Program-made: the position numbers and the translations under genes
Shown: positions 17,071 to 26,201 of the stretch, in pieces
Layout of the letters: each line of letters begins with the position of its first letter
Numbering within the stretch: the stretch's first letter is position 1
NCBI GenBank assembly: GCA_964469525.1
Contig: CAYXYU010000001.1
Coordinates: 68,508 to 132,507 of the forward strand
Reading direction: 5' to 3'
Source of the DNA: an uncultured Rickettsiales bacterium
Lineage (GTDB): Bacteria; Pseudomonadota; Alphaproteobacteria; Rickettsiales; SXRF01
DNA: 64,000 nucleotides
Notes under the pieces: model-generated
Told to the model about the DNA's origin: nothing
Databases searched by the model: none
The model's input: only the letters and a program-made list of their open reading frames with translations

Positions 17071-17745
17071 CTAGAAATACATCCGCCCGCCAAGTTCGAA
17101 ATTATGCGAGTCGTTGGAGGTTTTGAATCCGGCGGCAATGGTATCGGCCTCGGCTTCGGGCTCCTGACTGCCGACGTAGCGGTAACCGAAGCTGAAGACG
17201 ATGGGCGTCCTGCCGGCATCAAGAGCGTAACTGATGCCGAGCATGCCTTGGTAGCCCAGCGTCCATTCCTTCAGCGACAGGGTTTCCGAAGGCGGACCGG
17301 GGATGGTGTAATAGACCGGACTCTTCACATGTATAGCTCCAATGCCGGCACCGATGTAGGGGGTGAAAGGCGTGTCATTGATTAGGTCGATATATACATT
17401 TCCCATAATGGTGACGGAATCCTGCAGGTGGCGAAATCCTGCGGGAGGATCAATGTTATCCAGTTCATTGCGGCGATAGGCCACTTCCAGCTCGGTGCGC
17501 ACGCCAGCGAGCAGCTTATAGCCTATGGCGCCGGCAACGCCGAAGCCGGGCTCGAAGCTGAGCTTCGTAGGAACCAGGGGGCCGGTGGTTTCAATATCGG
17601 CCGGCCGCAGCAGCACCAGCGAAGTGCTCAAGCCCGCATACCAGCGCGGGTTGTCGCCTTCGTGGCAGCAGGCCCGCTCCAGCGCATGCGCGGCAGAGGG
17701 GAGAGCCAGCGAGGCGATAATAATATAAGATAGTACGCTACGCAT
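17071..17745 (-). CDS. outer-membrane beta-barrel protein (small OMP), paralog 2
   Basis: 224 aa. Signal peptide ending AHA. Ends NDSHNFELGGRMYF. Shares PRWY.GLSTSLV and FTPYIGAGIGA blocks with paralog 1. Confidence 0.7.
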   Translation of the reverse strand: MRSVLSYIIIASLALPSAAHALERACCHEGDNPRWYAGLSTSLVLLRPADIETTGPLVPTKLSFEPGFGVAGAIGYKLLAGVRTELEVAYRRNELDNIDPPAGFRHLQDSVTIMGNVYIDLINDTPFTPYIGAGIGAIHVKSPVYYTIPGPPSETLSLKEWTLGYQGMLGISYALDAGRTPIVFSFGYRYVGSQEPEAEADTIAAGFKTSNDSHNFELGGRMYF

Positions 17746-17792
17746 ATCCTGTCAGATATAGCCCAGAGGGTTTAACATATAGTTAAACCACC

Positions 17793-18413
17793 CTAATATG
17801 CCACCGGCAGGGGGTCGAGCACGCGCCACATGTACCAGGTGCCCATGGAACGATAGGGACGCCAGCGCTCCCCCACCTGCTTGACCTTGTCCAGTGGCAT
17901 TTTCTCGCTCCTGTTGTAATGACGGTAGATGCCCTTGAGCAGGCCGAGATCATCGACGGGAAAAATATCCGGGCGGCCCAGGCCGAAGATCAGGAACATC
18001 TCCGCCGTCCAGCGGCCGATGCCCTTGATGCTGACGAGATCGGCGATGACCTCGTCGTCGGTCATATCCGGCAGTTGCTTCATCAGGTTTTTATTTTCAA
18101 GGAAGTGATTGGCCAACGCGTGCATATAAATGACCTTGCTGCCCGACAGGCCACAGGAGCGCAGCAGCTCTGCCGGCGCATTGCCGATGGTTTGCGGGGT
18201 GATCCTGCCGACGCCCGCCTGTAATTTATTCCAGACACTGTCGGCGGCCTTGACGGAAATCTGCTGGCCGGTGATCGAGCGGGCGAGGGTAAAAAACGGA
18301 TCGCCGCGCAGCCGCATCGACTCGCCGTGATAGGAGTCAATGATGGCTTTCAGCACCTTATCCTTCTTGCGCAGATAGGCCTTGGCTTCGGGCCAGTAGG
18401 CGGGTGTAGTCAT
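17793..18413 (-). CDS. DNA-3-methyladenine glycosylase II family (HhH-GPD)
   Basis: 206 aa. HhH-GPD pattern LVSIKGIGRWTAEMFLIF.LGRPDIFPVDDLGL. 4-nt overlap with the pheT stop. Confidence 0.8.
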   Translation of the reverse strand: MTTPAYWPEAKAYLRKKDKVLKAIIDSYHGESMRLRGDPFFTLARSITGQQISVKAADSVWNKLQAGVGRITPQTIGNAPAELLRSCGLSGSKVIYMHALANHFLENKNLMKQLPDMTDDEVIADLVSIKGIGRWTAEMFLIFGLGRPDIFPVDDLGLLKGIYRHYNRSEKMPLDKVKQVGERWRPYRSMGTWYMWRVLDPLPVAY

Positions 18414-20791
18414 TGCCTCAACTGTCCGCCGAAGCCCTTGGCGGCGGCGGCGACGATGGCCTGCGAGACGGCGGTAATGTCCTGTTCGGACAGGGTGCGG
18501 TCGTGCGCCTGCAGCGTCACCTTCACCGCGACGGATTTCCTGCCCGTATCCACGCCCTTGCCGGTATAGACGTCGAAGATTTCCACGCCGGTGACTAGCT
18601 GCTTGTCGGCGGCATTGATGGTCTTGACGATATCGGCGGCGGTAATTTCTTTGTCCACCGTAAAGGCGAAGTCGCGCTCGACTGCCTGGAAGTCAGACGG
18701 TTTGAAAGCGACCTTGGCCTTGCCTTTGGTGCGCGGCACGGGGATGGCGTCTAGATAGATTTCAAACGCGGCGACAGGGTCTTCTATATCGAATGTTTTG
18801 AGAATGCCGGGATGGATCTCGCCAAAATAACCGAGGATGATCTTGCCGCCGAGCGTCAGCGCGCCGGAGCGTCCGGGATGATAATAAGAAGGGACGTTCG
18901 TCGTGATGTCGGATTTGCCGAGGCCAAGCGTTTGCAGAACGGCCAGCGCGTCGGACTTGGCATCGAAAGCGTCCATCCCGCGGTCTTTGTGCGTGAACAG
19001 GTTATCCTTATAGGATTGTTCCACTGCATTGTCGCTGCGGATGCCGGCGGCGACCATGCGCTGGCCGTCGGGCGTGACATCGTGGAACTGCAAGCCGACT
19101 TCGCACAGGCTTATGTCCTTAAAGCCGCGGAAGGCATTCTTCTTCGCCGCTTCGAGCAGGTTTGGCAGCAGGGAAGGGCGCATCGTATCTAAATCGGCAG
19201 AGATGGGATTCACCAGTTTCAGTTTTGCATTGCTGCCGCCGAATAATTTGGCTTGTGCTTCCGGCAGGAAGGACCAGGTGCAGGTTTCCATGAATCCGCG
19301 CGTCGCTAAGGTACGCCTGGCCAGTTGCACCCGTTTCTGCGCCAGCGTCAGCGCTGGTTTAGGAATACCCGATAGCGGGGGCAGGGAAGTGGTGGGGATG
19401 TTGTCGTAACCGTGGATGCGCAGCACTTCCTCCACCAGGTCGGCTTCGCCTTCCACATCGGCGCGCCATGACGGCGGCGTGACCGAGCCAGTGCCGGTGA
19501 AGCCCAGCGCGGTCAGAATGCGGTTGCATTCGGTGGCAGGCACATCGACGCCGCCGAGTGTTTTCACGCGCTCGGGGTTAAAGCTGATCGAACGTTTCCA
19601 CTCCGGCGTTTTTCCGGCATTTACTATGTTACTGGTTTCACCGCCACAGAGCTGCTTAATGATATGGGTAGCAACTTTGGCGCCCTCCTCGACAAAGGCC
19701 GGATCGACGCCCCGCTCGAAGCGATAGCGCGCATCGGAATCAATCTGCAGTTCGCGTCCGGTTCGAGCAACATGCACCGGGTCGAACAGTGCGACTTCCA
19801 AAAACACGTCAGTAGTTTCTTCCGTGCAGCCGGTCGGCTCGCCGCCAATGACGCCGCCGAGCGCGACGGGGCCGAAATCGTCGGCGATGACACACATGCC
19901 TGCCTGCAGCTGATATTCCTTGCCATTGAGGGCTTTGAGTCTTTCGCCTGCCTTCGCATCACGCACGGTGATGTTGCCTTTGAGCCTCTTCGCGTCATAG
20001 ACATGCAGCGGGCGGCCGAGATCAATCGTGAGGTAGTTGGTGATATCGACGAGTGTAGAAATCGGCTTCTGGCCGATCGCTTCCAGCTTGCGGCGCGCAC
20101 ATTCGCCGCTGACAGCATTCTTGACGTTTTTGATGTACACGCCAATGAACTGGTAGCAGTTCGATGTGGTGATGTTTACCGATATGGGCGAAGCGAAACT
20201 ACCTTTGATGTCGGAAATGTGCTCCAGCGGTTTTAATTTTCCAAGTCCGGCGGCGGCGAGGTCGCGCGCGATGCCGCGTACGCCGAGACAATCCGCGCGG
20301 TTGGGGGTGATGGCGATTTCAATAACGGGATCATCGAGTCCCAGCACTTTTACGATGGATTCGCCGATATTCGCTTCGGGCAGTTCGATAATACCTTCCG
20401 AATCGCCGCCGATGCCCAGTTCCTCGGCGGAGCAGAGCATGCCGTTGGACTCGACGCCGCGTATCCTGGTTTTTTTGATGACCATACCATTGGCGGGAAT
20501 CAGCGCGCCTTCCTTGGCGAGGGCCACGTAAATCCCAGCGCGGGCGTTGGCGGCGCCGCAGACAATCTGCAACTCGCCGACATCGGCCTGCACACGACAG
20601 ACGCGCAGCTTGTCGGCCTGCGGGTGCTGCTCGGCATGCAGGATTTTCGCCACCGTGAACGGTTTCAGCGCTTCCGACCGGTCAATGACCTGCTCGACCT
20701 CGAGCCCGATCATGATTAGCGTTTTGCTGATCTCATCCAGCGAGGCATTGGTATCGAGATGATCTTTCAGCCAGGAGAGGGTGAATTTCAT
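18410..20791 (-). CDS. pheT: phenylalanine--tRNA ligase beta subunit
   Basis: 793 aa. MKFTLSWLKDHLDT N-terminus, tRNA-binding, B3/4, B5 and C-terminal FDX-ACB-like regions. Confidence 0.95.
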   Translation of the reverse strand: MKFTLSWLKDHLDTNASLDEISKTLIMIGLEVEQVIDRSEALKPFTVAKILHAEQHPQADKLRVCRVQADVGELQIVCGAANARAGIYVALAKEGALIPANGMVIKKTRIRGVESNGMLCSAEELGIGGDSEGIIELPEANIGESIVKVLGLDDPVIEIAITPNRADCLGVRGIARDLAAAGLGKLKPLEHISDIKGSFASPISVNITTSNCYQFIGVYIKNVKNAVSGECARRKLEAIGQKPISTLVDITNYLTIDLGRPLHVYDAKRLKGNITVRDAKAGERLKALNGKEYQLQAGMCVIADDFGPVALGGVIGGEPTGCTEETTDVFLEVALFDPVHVARTGRELQIDSDARYRFERGVDPAFVEEGAKVATHIIKQLCGGETSNIVNAGKTPEWKRSISFNPERVKTLGGVDVPATECNRILTALGFTGTGSVTPPSWRADVEGEADLVEEVLRIHGYDNIPTTSLPPLSGIPKPALTLAQKRVQLARRTLATRGFMETCTWSFLPEAQAKLFGGSNAKLKLVNPISADLDTMRPSLLPNLLEAAKKNAFRGFKDISLCEVGLQFHDVTPDGQRMVAAGIRSDNAVEQSYKDNLFTHKDRGMDAFDAKSDALAVLQTLGLGKSDITTNVPSYYHPGRSGALTLGGKIILGYFGEIHPGILKTFDIEDPVAAFEIYLDAIPVPRTKGKAKVAFKPSDFQAVERDFAFTVDKEITAADIVKTINAADKQLVTGVEIFDVYTGKGVDTGRKSVAVKVTLQAHDRTLSEQDITAVSQAIVAAAAKGFGGQLRQ

Positions 20792-20812
20792 GATTCCTCC
20801 TCTCTTTTAACC

Positions 20813-20927
20813 GTCATTCCCGCGCAGGCGGGAATCCATATTCCAGAGTCGGAAATAAGTACGGGGAAAAGCTCATACAGAGCATTTCCTTTAGTGGTTA
20901 TGGATGCCCGTCTGCGCGGGCATGACG
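20813..20927. repeat. MITE-like pair of inverted GTCATTCCCGC..GCGGGAATCC hairpins
   Basis: gtcattcccgcgcaggcgggaatcc (20813-20837) and ggatgcccgtctgcgcgggcatgacg (20902-20927) are in inverted orientation about 64 bp apart, in the pheT-pheS gap. Confidence 0.6.
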
Positions 20928-20939
20928 TAAATAAATAAT

Positions 20940-22007
20940 TCATAATCCCCCCGCCAGCGATGGGATATGGAGCGGGTCAAAGCCGTAATGTTTCAGCCAG
21001 CGTACGTCGGAGTCGAAGAAGGTGCGCAGATCGGGGATGCCGTATTTCAGCATGGCCATGCGCTCGACGCCAAGGCCGAAGGCGAAGCCCTGCCATTCGT
21101 TCGGGTCGAGGTTACAGTTCCTGAGCACATTGGGGTGCACCATGCCGCAGCCCATGATTTCGAGCCAATCGGCGCCGGCGCCGATTCTGATTTCATCCTT
21201 ATTGCGCGCGCAGCCGATATCGACTTCCGCCGAGGGTTCCGTGAAGGGGAAGAAGCTGGGGCGGAAGCGCACCGGCACGTCGTCGAGTTCAAAAAATGCT
21301 TTGAGAAATTCGATGATGCAGCCTTTGAGATGGCCCATGTGGATGCTCTTATCGATGACGAAGCCTTCGACCTGATGGAACATTGGCGTGTGGGTGAGAT
21401 CGGAGTCGCAGCGATAGGTCGAGCCCGGCGCAATGATGCGGAAGGGCGGCCTGCTGCCGCTCATGACGCGGATCTGCACGGGCGAAGTATGCGTGCGCAA
21501 CAAGGTTTTGCCATCGCCATTGCCCTGCAGGTAGAACGTGTCATGCATCTGCCGCGCGGGATGCGATTCGGGAATGTTGAGTTTGTCGAAATTATATTCG
21601 TCGGTCTCGATGTCCGGTCCTTCGGCGACGCTGAAGCCCATGGCGGCGAAGATGGTGGTGATTTCCTCGATCACCTGCGTGACGGGGTGGATTTTACCCT
21701 GCGGCTCCGGACGGGCGGGCAGGGTGACGTCGATTTTTTCGGATGCCAGCCGCTGGTTCAGCTCGGCCATGGCGAGATCGCGCTTACGCGCCTCGATGGC
21801 TTCCGTCACTTCATTCTTGATCTGGTTGAGCGCCGCGCCCAGCGTCTTGCGTTCCTCAGGATTGGCTTGCCCCAGCGTCTTCAGCGCTTCGGTGATGATG
21901 CCTTTCTTGCCGAGCAGGGCGACGCGCTGTTCCTCCAGTGCGATTGAAGACCGCGCGGCTGATACAGCAGCAAGAGCTTGGGAGCGAATAGTATTAGGGT
22001 CAGTCAT
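20940..22007 (-). CDS. pheS: phenylalanine--tRNA ligase alpha subunit
   Basis: 355 aa. Class II motifs ([38 protein letters not shown]). Confidence 0.95.
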   Translation of the reverse strand: MTDPNTIRSQALAAVSAARSSIALEEQRVALLGKKGIITEALKTLGQANPEERKTLGAALNQIKNEVTEAIEARKRDLAMAELNQRLASEKIDVTLPARPEPQGKIHPVTQVIEEITTIFAAMGFSVAEGPDIETDEYNFDKLNIPESHPARQMHDTFYLQGNGDGKTLLRTHTSPVQIRVMSGSRPPFRIIAPGSTYRCDSDLTHTPMFHQVEGFVIDKSIHMGHLKGCIIEFLKAFFELDDVPVRFRPSFFPFTEPSAEVDIGCARNKDEIRIGAGADWLEIMGCGMVHPNVLRNCNLDPNEWQGFAFGLGVERMAMLKYGIPDLRTFFDSDVRWLKHYGFDPLHIPSLAGGL

Positions 22008-22062
22008 AGGGTTACGAATATGTCACTGCAGTTGCAGTGAAGCAATCCGGTTTTTTTGAAGA

Positions 22063-22470
22063 TTAGCGTTGCCGCTTGGTCTGTTTGCCGCTGACCGGCT
22101 GGCTCTTTTCGATAAGGCGACCCTGTTCCTTGAGCTTTTTTGCTATGTAGTCCACGAATTCCGGGATGGTGGCTTCCATTGGTGATAGCAGATCAGAAGG
22201 ATCATCATAATTTAACTTGATGCCGAATTCTGTTGCACAATGTTGTGTTACATCTTCGATTGCCATGCTGTCCAACGCCAATCTCGATAAAGTAACTCCT
22301 GTTTCCCGGAATTCTTGCAAGTGAGGACGGAGTTCGGTGCGGAGTTTGGGCTCAGCGTATAAATCTGCAACACTATAAGCAGGCGTAAATTGATTGGCAA
22401 ATGCAGCCTGCACGATAGCGTGCAATCTATCCTCAATGCCTTCGCGGGTATAGGATTTTCCTGAGTTCAT
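22063..22470 (-). CDS. hypothetical protein with carrier-protein-like (phosphopantetheine-site-like) segment
   Basis: 135 aa, lower GC. LALDSMAIEDVTQHCATEFGIKLNYDD resembles the ACP/PCP LDS(L/M)...eFgi motif. Inserted between rplT and pheS. Confidence 0.4.
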   Translation of the reverse strand: MNSGKSYTREGIEDRLHAIVQAAFANQFTPAYSVADLYAEPKLRTELRPHLQEFRETGVTLSRLALDSMAIEDVTQHCATEFGIKLNYDDPSDLLSPMEATIPEFVDYIAKKLKEQGRLIEKSQPVSGKQTKRQR

Positions 22471-22476
22471 ACTTGA

Positions 22477-22839
22477 CTACGCCACCTTTTTGGCAAGCGC
22501 GGCCTTGCTCTGCTCGACGAGGGACTTGAAGGCTTCCGGTTCGCGGGTGGCGAGATCGGAGAGGACCTTGCGGTCGATCTCGATGCCGGCCTTGAGCAGG
22601 CCGTTCATGAACTGGGAATAGACCATGCCGTGCTCGCGGACGCCGGCGTTGATGCGCTGGATCCACAGGGAGCGGAAAGTGCGCTTCTTGCGGCGGCGGT
22701 CGCGGTAGGCGTAGCGGCGGCCTTTTTCGACCTTTTCAATGGCGACGCGGATGCAGTTTTTGGCGCGGCCGCGATAGCCCTTGGCGGCTTTCAGCAGCTT
22801 CTTGCGCCGGGGGCGGTTGGCATTCTGTGCGCGGGACAT
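22477..22839 (-). CDS. rplT: 50S ribosomal protein L20
   Basis: 120 aa. [14 protein letters not shown]...[17 protein letters not shown] is the canonical L20 sequence. Confidence 0.95.
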   Translation of the reverse strand: MSRAQNANRPRRKKLLKAAKGYRGRAKNCIRVAIEKVEKGRRYAYRDRRRKKRTFRSLWIQRINAGVREHGMVYSQFMNGLLKAGIEIDRKVLSDLATREPEAFKSLVEQSKAALAKKVA

Positions 22840-22841
22840 AG

Positions 22842-23045
22842 CTATTTACCCCCGTACGGCATGTACTGCACGATACGGTGCGTATCGGACTCGTCCATGA
22901 TGGTGGTGCCGCGCGCGTTGCGGATGAAGCGGTTGGTGCGCTTGCGCATGTTGTGGCGCTTGCCGGCCTGCGGGGCGATGACTTTGCCGGAAGCGGTGAA
23001 ACGGAAGCGTTTCTTGCAGCCGGACTTGGTTTTCAGCTTGGGCAT
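22842..23045 (-). CDS. rpmI: 50S ribosomal protein L35
   Basis: ATG at 23045 after [31 protein letters not shown] is the canonical L35 N-terminus. The longer tracked ORF (to 23153) is an artefactual extension. Confidence 0.9.
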   Translation of the reverse strand: MPKLKTKSGCKKRFRFTASGKVIAPQAGKRHNMRKRTNRFIRNARGTTIMDESDTHRIVQYMPYGGK

Positions 23046-23065
23046 TTTGTTCTCCTTAAATAAAT

Positions 23066-23090
23066 GGATTCCCGCCTCGCGGGAATGACA
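23066..23090. repeat. single hairpin of the GGATTCCCGC..GCGGGAATGAC family
   Basis: ggattcccgcctcgcgggaatgaca, immediately upstream of rpmI. Confidence 0.6.
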
Positions 23091-23206
23091 ATGAACCTGA
23101 CCGTACAAGGCAATGCCTCGCCCGACGATGAGGGAGAGCCTTCTTAACCGCAATCGGGCGCGATTTCAAGTGAAAAACCGCAGGTTGCACCGGATGCCGT
23201 TTAGGC

Positions 23207-23236
23207 TTGAAAAGCAAGGGCAAAGCACCATATAAT
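23207..23236 (+). promoter_or_regulatory. candidate sigma70-type promoter for the BI-1 family gene
   Basis: TTGAAA (23207-23212), 18-nt spacer, TATAAT (23231-23236), about 55 nt upstream of the ATG at 23293. Confidence 0.4.
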
Positions 23237-23292
23237 ACCCTCAGAGAGCCGGGGGAATGATCCCCTGGCAGGAGAAATACTGGAGGTTTACC

Positions 23293-24042
23293 ATGGCATT
23301 ACGCGATCCGTTCGCCCGCGTGTCCACCGCAACCCAGAGCCGGGCCACTACTTACGACGCCGGGCTGCGCAGCTATATGCTGCGCATTTACAACTACATG
23401 GCCAGCGCCCTGGCGCTGACCGGCATCACGGCGCTCTTCACCGCCAACTCGCCGGCCATGCTGCAGGCGCTGTTTACCGTCAACGCGGCGGGGCAGGCCG
23501 GCCCGAGCGGGCTCGGCTATCTTGTCATGTTCGCGCCTCTGGGGCTGGTGCTGTGGATGAGCTTCGGCGTGCACCGCATGAGCGCCGCCATGGCGCAGGG
23601 CGTGTTCTGGGCGTTCGCGGTCATCATGGGCCTGTCCATGAGTTCGATCTTTCTCGCCTTCACCGGCGAGAGTATCGCCCGTGCCTTCTTCGTCACCGCC
23701 GGCACGTTCGGCGCCATGAGCCTCTACGGCTATACAACGAAGCGCGACCTGTCGGGCATGGGCTCCTTCCTGATGATGGGGCTGTTCGGCCTGATCATCG
23801 CTTCGGTGGTGAATATGTTCATGCAAAGCTCGGGGCTGAATTTCGCCCTGTCGGTGATCGGCGTGCTGATCTTCGTCGGCCTGACTGCCTGGGATACGCA
23901 ACGGCTGAAGCAGATGTATTACCAGCTAGCCGGCGGCGGCGAGATGATTGCCAAGGCTTCCATCATGGGCGCGCTCAGCTTGTACCTGGACTTCATCAAC
24001 ATGTTCATGTACATCCTGCGCTTCATGGGCGAGAGAAGGTAA
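23293..24042 (+). CDS. Bax inhibitor-1/YccA family membrane protein
   Basis: ATG at 23293 after GGAGG. Seven hydrophobic helices. Conserved YMLRIYNYM and LYLDFINMFMYILRF ends. Confidence 0.85.
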   Translation: MALRDPFARVSTATQSRATTYDAGLRSYMLRIYNYMASALALTGITALFTANSPAMLQALFTVNAAGQAGPSGLGYLVMFAPLGLVLWMSFGVHRMSAAMAQGVFWAFAVIMGLSMSSIFLAFTGESIARAFFVTAGTFGAMSLYGYTTKRDLSGMGSFLMMGLFGLIIASVVNMFMQSSGLNFALSVIGVLIFVGLTAWDTQRLKQMYYQLAGGGEMIAKASIMGALSLYLDFINMFMYILRFMGERR

Positions 24043-24057
24043 CTCGTACCACTTCTG

Positions 24058-24088
24058 AAAACCCGGCCTTAGGGCCGGGTTTTTTTTT
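24058..24088 (+). terminator. rho-independent terminator
   Basis: acccggcc-ttag-ggccgggt hairpin followed by T8. Confidence 0.8.
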
Positions 24089-24127
24089 GCCATTGACCCG
24101 TGCCGGTTTTCCTCCTACATCGGTTGC

Positions 24128-24385
24128 ATGGGCGAGGTGATCAATAATACCGAGAAGCATCGCTACGAGCTGCATATCGACGGGCAGGTTGCCGTCGCCG
24201 ACTATAAGCTGCTGAACGACCGTTTAAGCATCACCCACGTGGGAACACCAGAGAATTTGCGCGGGCAGGGCATCGCCGCGCGTGTCATGGACGGTGTGGT
24301 GGCCGATGCAGAGGCGAAGGGACTTACTATTATCCCCATTTGCCCCTATGCTGCATCCTATCTAAAACGAAAGAAAAAATCATAG
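24128..24385 (+). CDS. small GNAT-like acetyltransferase (YjdJ type)
   Basis: 85 aa. HRYELHIDGQVAVADY...ITHVGTPENLRGQGIAARV...ICPY pattern of the single-domain GNAT_2-like family. Confidence 0.7.
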   Translation: MGEVINNTEKHRYELHIDGQVAVADYKLLNDRLSITHVGTPENLRGQGIAARVMDGVVADAEAKGLTIIPICPYAASYLKRKKKS

Positions 24386-24486
24386 GTAAAATAATACCTT
24401 ACCTAAATCCGCGTCGTCATCAAAGTGTCATTTGATCACAAGCCACTGAAAATCTATACTCAATCCATAAATATTGGGGATTTCCT

Positions 24487-25212
24487 ATGGCGAATATGGA
24501 AGACGACGATAAGGAAAAAGGCGGCATCGGCATCGTACCGGCAGTGACGGGTACGGCCGCCGGTGCTGCTTTAGGTTTGGGCGCTACCAAATTAAGCGTC
24601 GACCGCAATATCAAAACAAATTTGGTGGATACGTATCTCACTGAAACCAAAATGCAGGCAGACCCTATTAATGCGGCCGAGTATTTTCCTCAAGGTGCCA
24701 GCGCTGAAGAAATCAGCCGCACGGCGCAAGATTTATCCAATGAAATACGTCATAATGCCCATCACACTGTTATGCATTCGGACAATCCTATGCATGTAGA
24801 TCTGCGGACTCCCGGTACGGTGTTAGGCGACGCAAGGGAAGCATCAAGAGCAGCGACCGAGGCAGCAATGGCAGCGCAAGCGAGGCCGAAATTTCAGGAA
24901 TTAAGTAGAAAAGTAGCAGCGGTTGCATCGGCGACCAGTGTAGCACATGAAACCGCGGCCAAAGACCTCTTAAAAACCATCGTAGACCAGGCGGAAAAAA
25001 CGGATCGTGCCAATGTGGCGTTAAAGGTAAGGGAAATTTCCTGGCTCAGGCGCATCAATCCCTTTGCCGAAGGACTGCACCTGACCGGCGCACAAAAAGG
25101 CTGGGCGATTGCAGCCGGTACGACAACGCTTATTGTCGGCGGGATTATTACTGGCAAAGCGTTCCAGTGGATGTTCTCCGGCAAGGATCAGGATTCCACT
25201 CCTAATCGCTAA
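24487..25212 (+). CDS. hypothetical protein, helical, C-terminal TM segment (orphan, lower GC)
   Basis: 241-aa ORF. Gly/Ala-rich hydrophobic stretches near both ends (IVPAVTGTAAGAALGLGA, WAIAAGTTTLIVGGIITG). No recognisable family. Confidence 0.45.
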   Translation: MANMEDDDKEKGGIGIVPAVTGTAAGAALGLGATKLSVDRNIKTNLVDTYLTETKMQADPINAAEYFPQGASAEEISRTAQDLSNEIRHNAHHTVMHSDNPMHVDLRTPGTVLGDAREASRAATEAAMAAQARPKFQELSRKVAAVASATSVAHETAAKDLLKTIVDQAEKTDRANVALKVREISWLRRINPFAEGLHLTGAQKGWAIAAGTTTLIVGGIITGKAFQWMFSGKDQDSTPNR

Positions 25213-25257
25213 TCCCAAATATTACTGGCATAACGCGCCGTTTACTTTTACTTTCCT

Positions 25258-26031
25258 GTGATGCAATCCATCAATAGCATCGGCGTCTATACGCTCTGCA
25301 AGCGCGAGATATGGCGCTTTATGAAGGTATGGGGGCAAACCATTGTCGCCCCCGTGATTACGACGCTGCTGTTCCTTGCCATCATGACGCTGGCGCTTGG
25401 CGGTGATGAGCGCCTCATCGACGGCGTCCCATTTAACCAGTTCATCGCGCCTGGTCTGATCATGATGGCGGTGGTGCAGAATGCCTTCGCTAACGCGTCC
25501 TCGTCGCTGATCCTGGGCAAGATCCAGGGCGTCATCATCGACATACTGATGCCGCCGCTAACCGGGGCTGAGGTGGTATTCTGCCTGGTGATGGGCGGGT
25601 TGGTGCGCGGGGTGATGGTCGGGGTGGTAGTGATGAGCGCGGTCTATATTTTCGTTCCGCTTAGCGTTGAGCATTTCTGGATTGGGGTGTTTTACCTATT
25701 GTCCGCATCGGTCATGCTGGCGCTGCTCGGCGTGCTGGCCGGCATCTGGGCGCAGGGCTTCGATCAGTTGGCGGCACTGACTAATTATATCGTGACGCCG
25801 CTGGCCTTTTTGTCGGGCACGTTCTATTCCATCAGGCAGCTGCCTGACTTTTTCTATAACCTCTGCCATTTCAATCCGTTTTTTTATATGATTGACGGAT
25901 TCCGCTACGCCATGACCGGCTATACGGACGGCTCCATCGGGCTCGGCATGATCGTGCTGACGGCGGTCAATATCGCGCTGTGGGGGGTGACGGCCCAGAT
26001 GTTCAAGCGGGGTTACCGCTTAAAAACCTGA
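25258..26031 (+). CDS. ABC-2 type transporter permease
   Basis: 257 aa. Six TM helices. KREIWRFMKVWGQTIVAPV N-terminus typical of ABC-2/NodJ-like permeases. No adjacent ATPase gene. Confidence 0.75.
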   Translation: MMQSINSIGVYTLCKREIWRFMKVWGQTIVAPVITTLLFLAIMTLALGGDERLIDGVPFNQFIAPGLIMMAVVQNAFANASSSLILGKIQGVIIDILMPPLTGAEVVFCLVMGGLVRGVMVGVVVMSAVYIFVPLSVEHFWIGVFYLLSASVMLALLGVLAGIWAQGFDQLAALTNYIVTPLAFLSGTFYSIRQLPDFFYNLCHFNPFFYMIDGFRYAMTGYTDGSIGLGMIVLTAVNIALWGVTAQMFKRGYRLKT

Positions 26032-26086
26032 GACTTGACAAGCCAGCGCCGCAGGCAGATAATCACGGTTTTTCTATTGTTTAATT

Positions 26087-26193
26087 CCCTCTCCCACAAA
26101 GTGGGAGAGGGTTAGGGTGAGGGCACTTTGTTCCTTTTAAGGAAGCGTCGCCCTCACCCCAGCCCTCTCCCGCATGCGGGAGAGGGGGGAAGT
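26087..26193. repeat. nested-palindrome repeat, empty two-arm copy abutting the argD RBS
   Basis: ccctctcccac-aaa-gtgggagaggg tta gggtgagggcac, then a 23-bp spacer, then gccctcacccc ag ccctctcccgc-atg-cgggagagggg. AGGAG at 26194-26198 and the argD ATG at 26202. Confidence 0.75.
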
Positions 26194-26201
26194 AGGAGCC
26201 G

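Noticed and set aside
20967-21947. 326-aa plus-strand ORF
   Set aside because: It is antisense to pheS and is a shadow frame.
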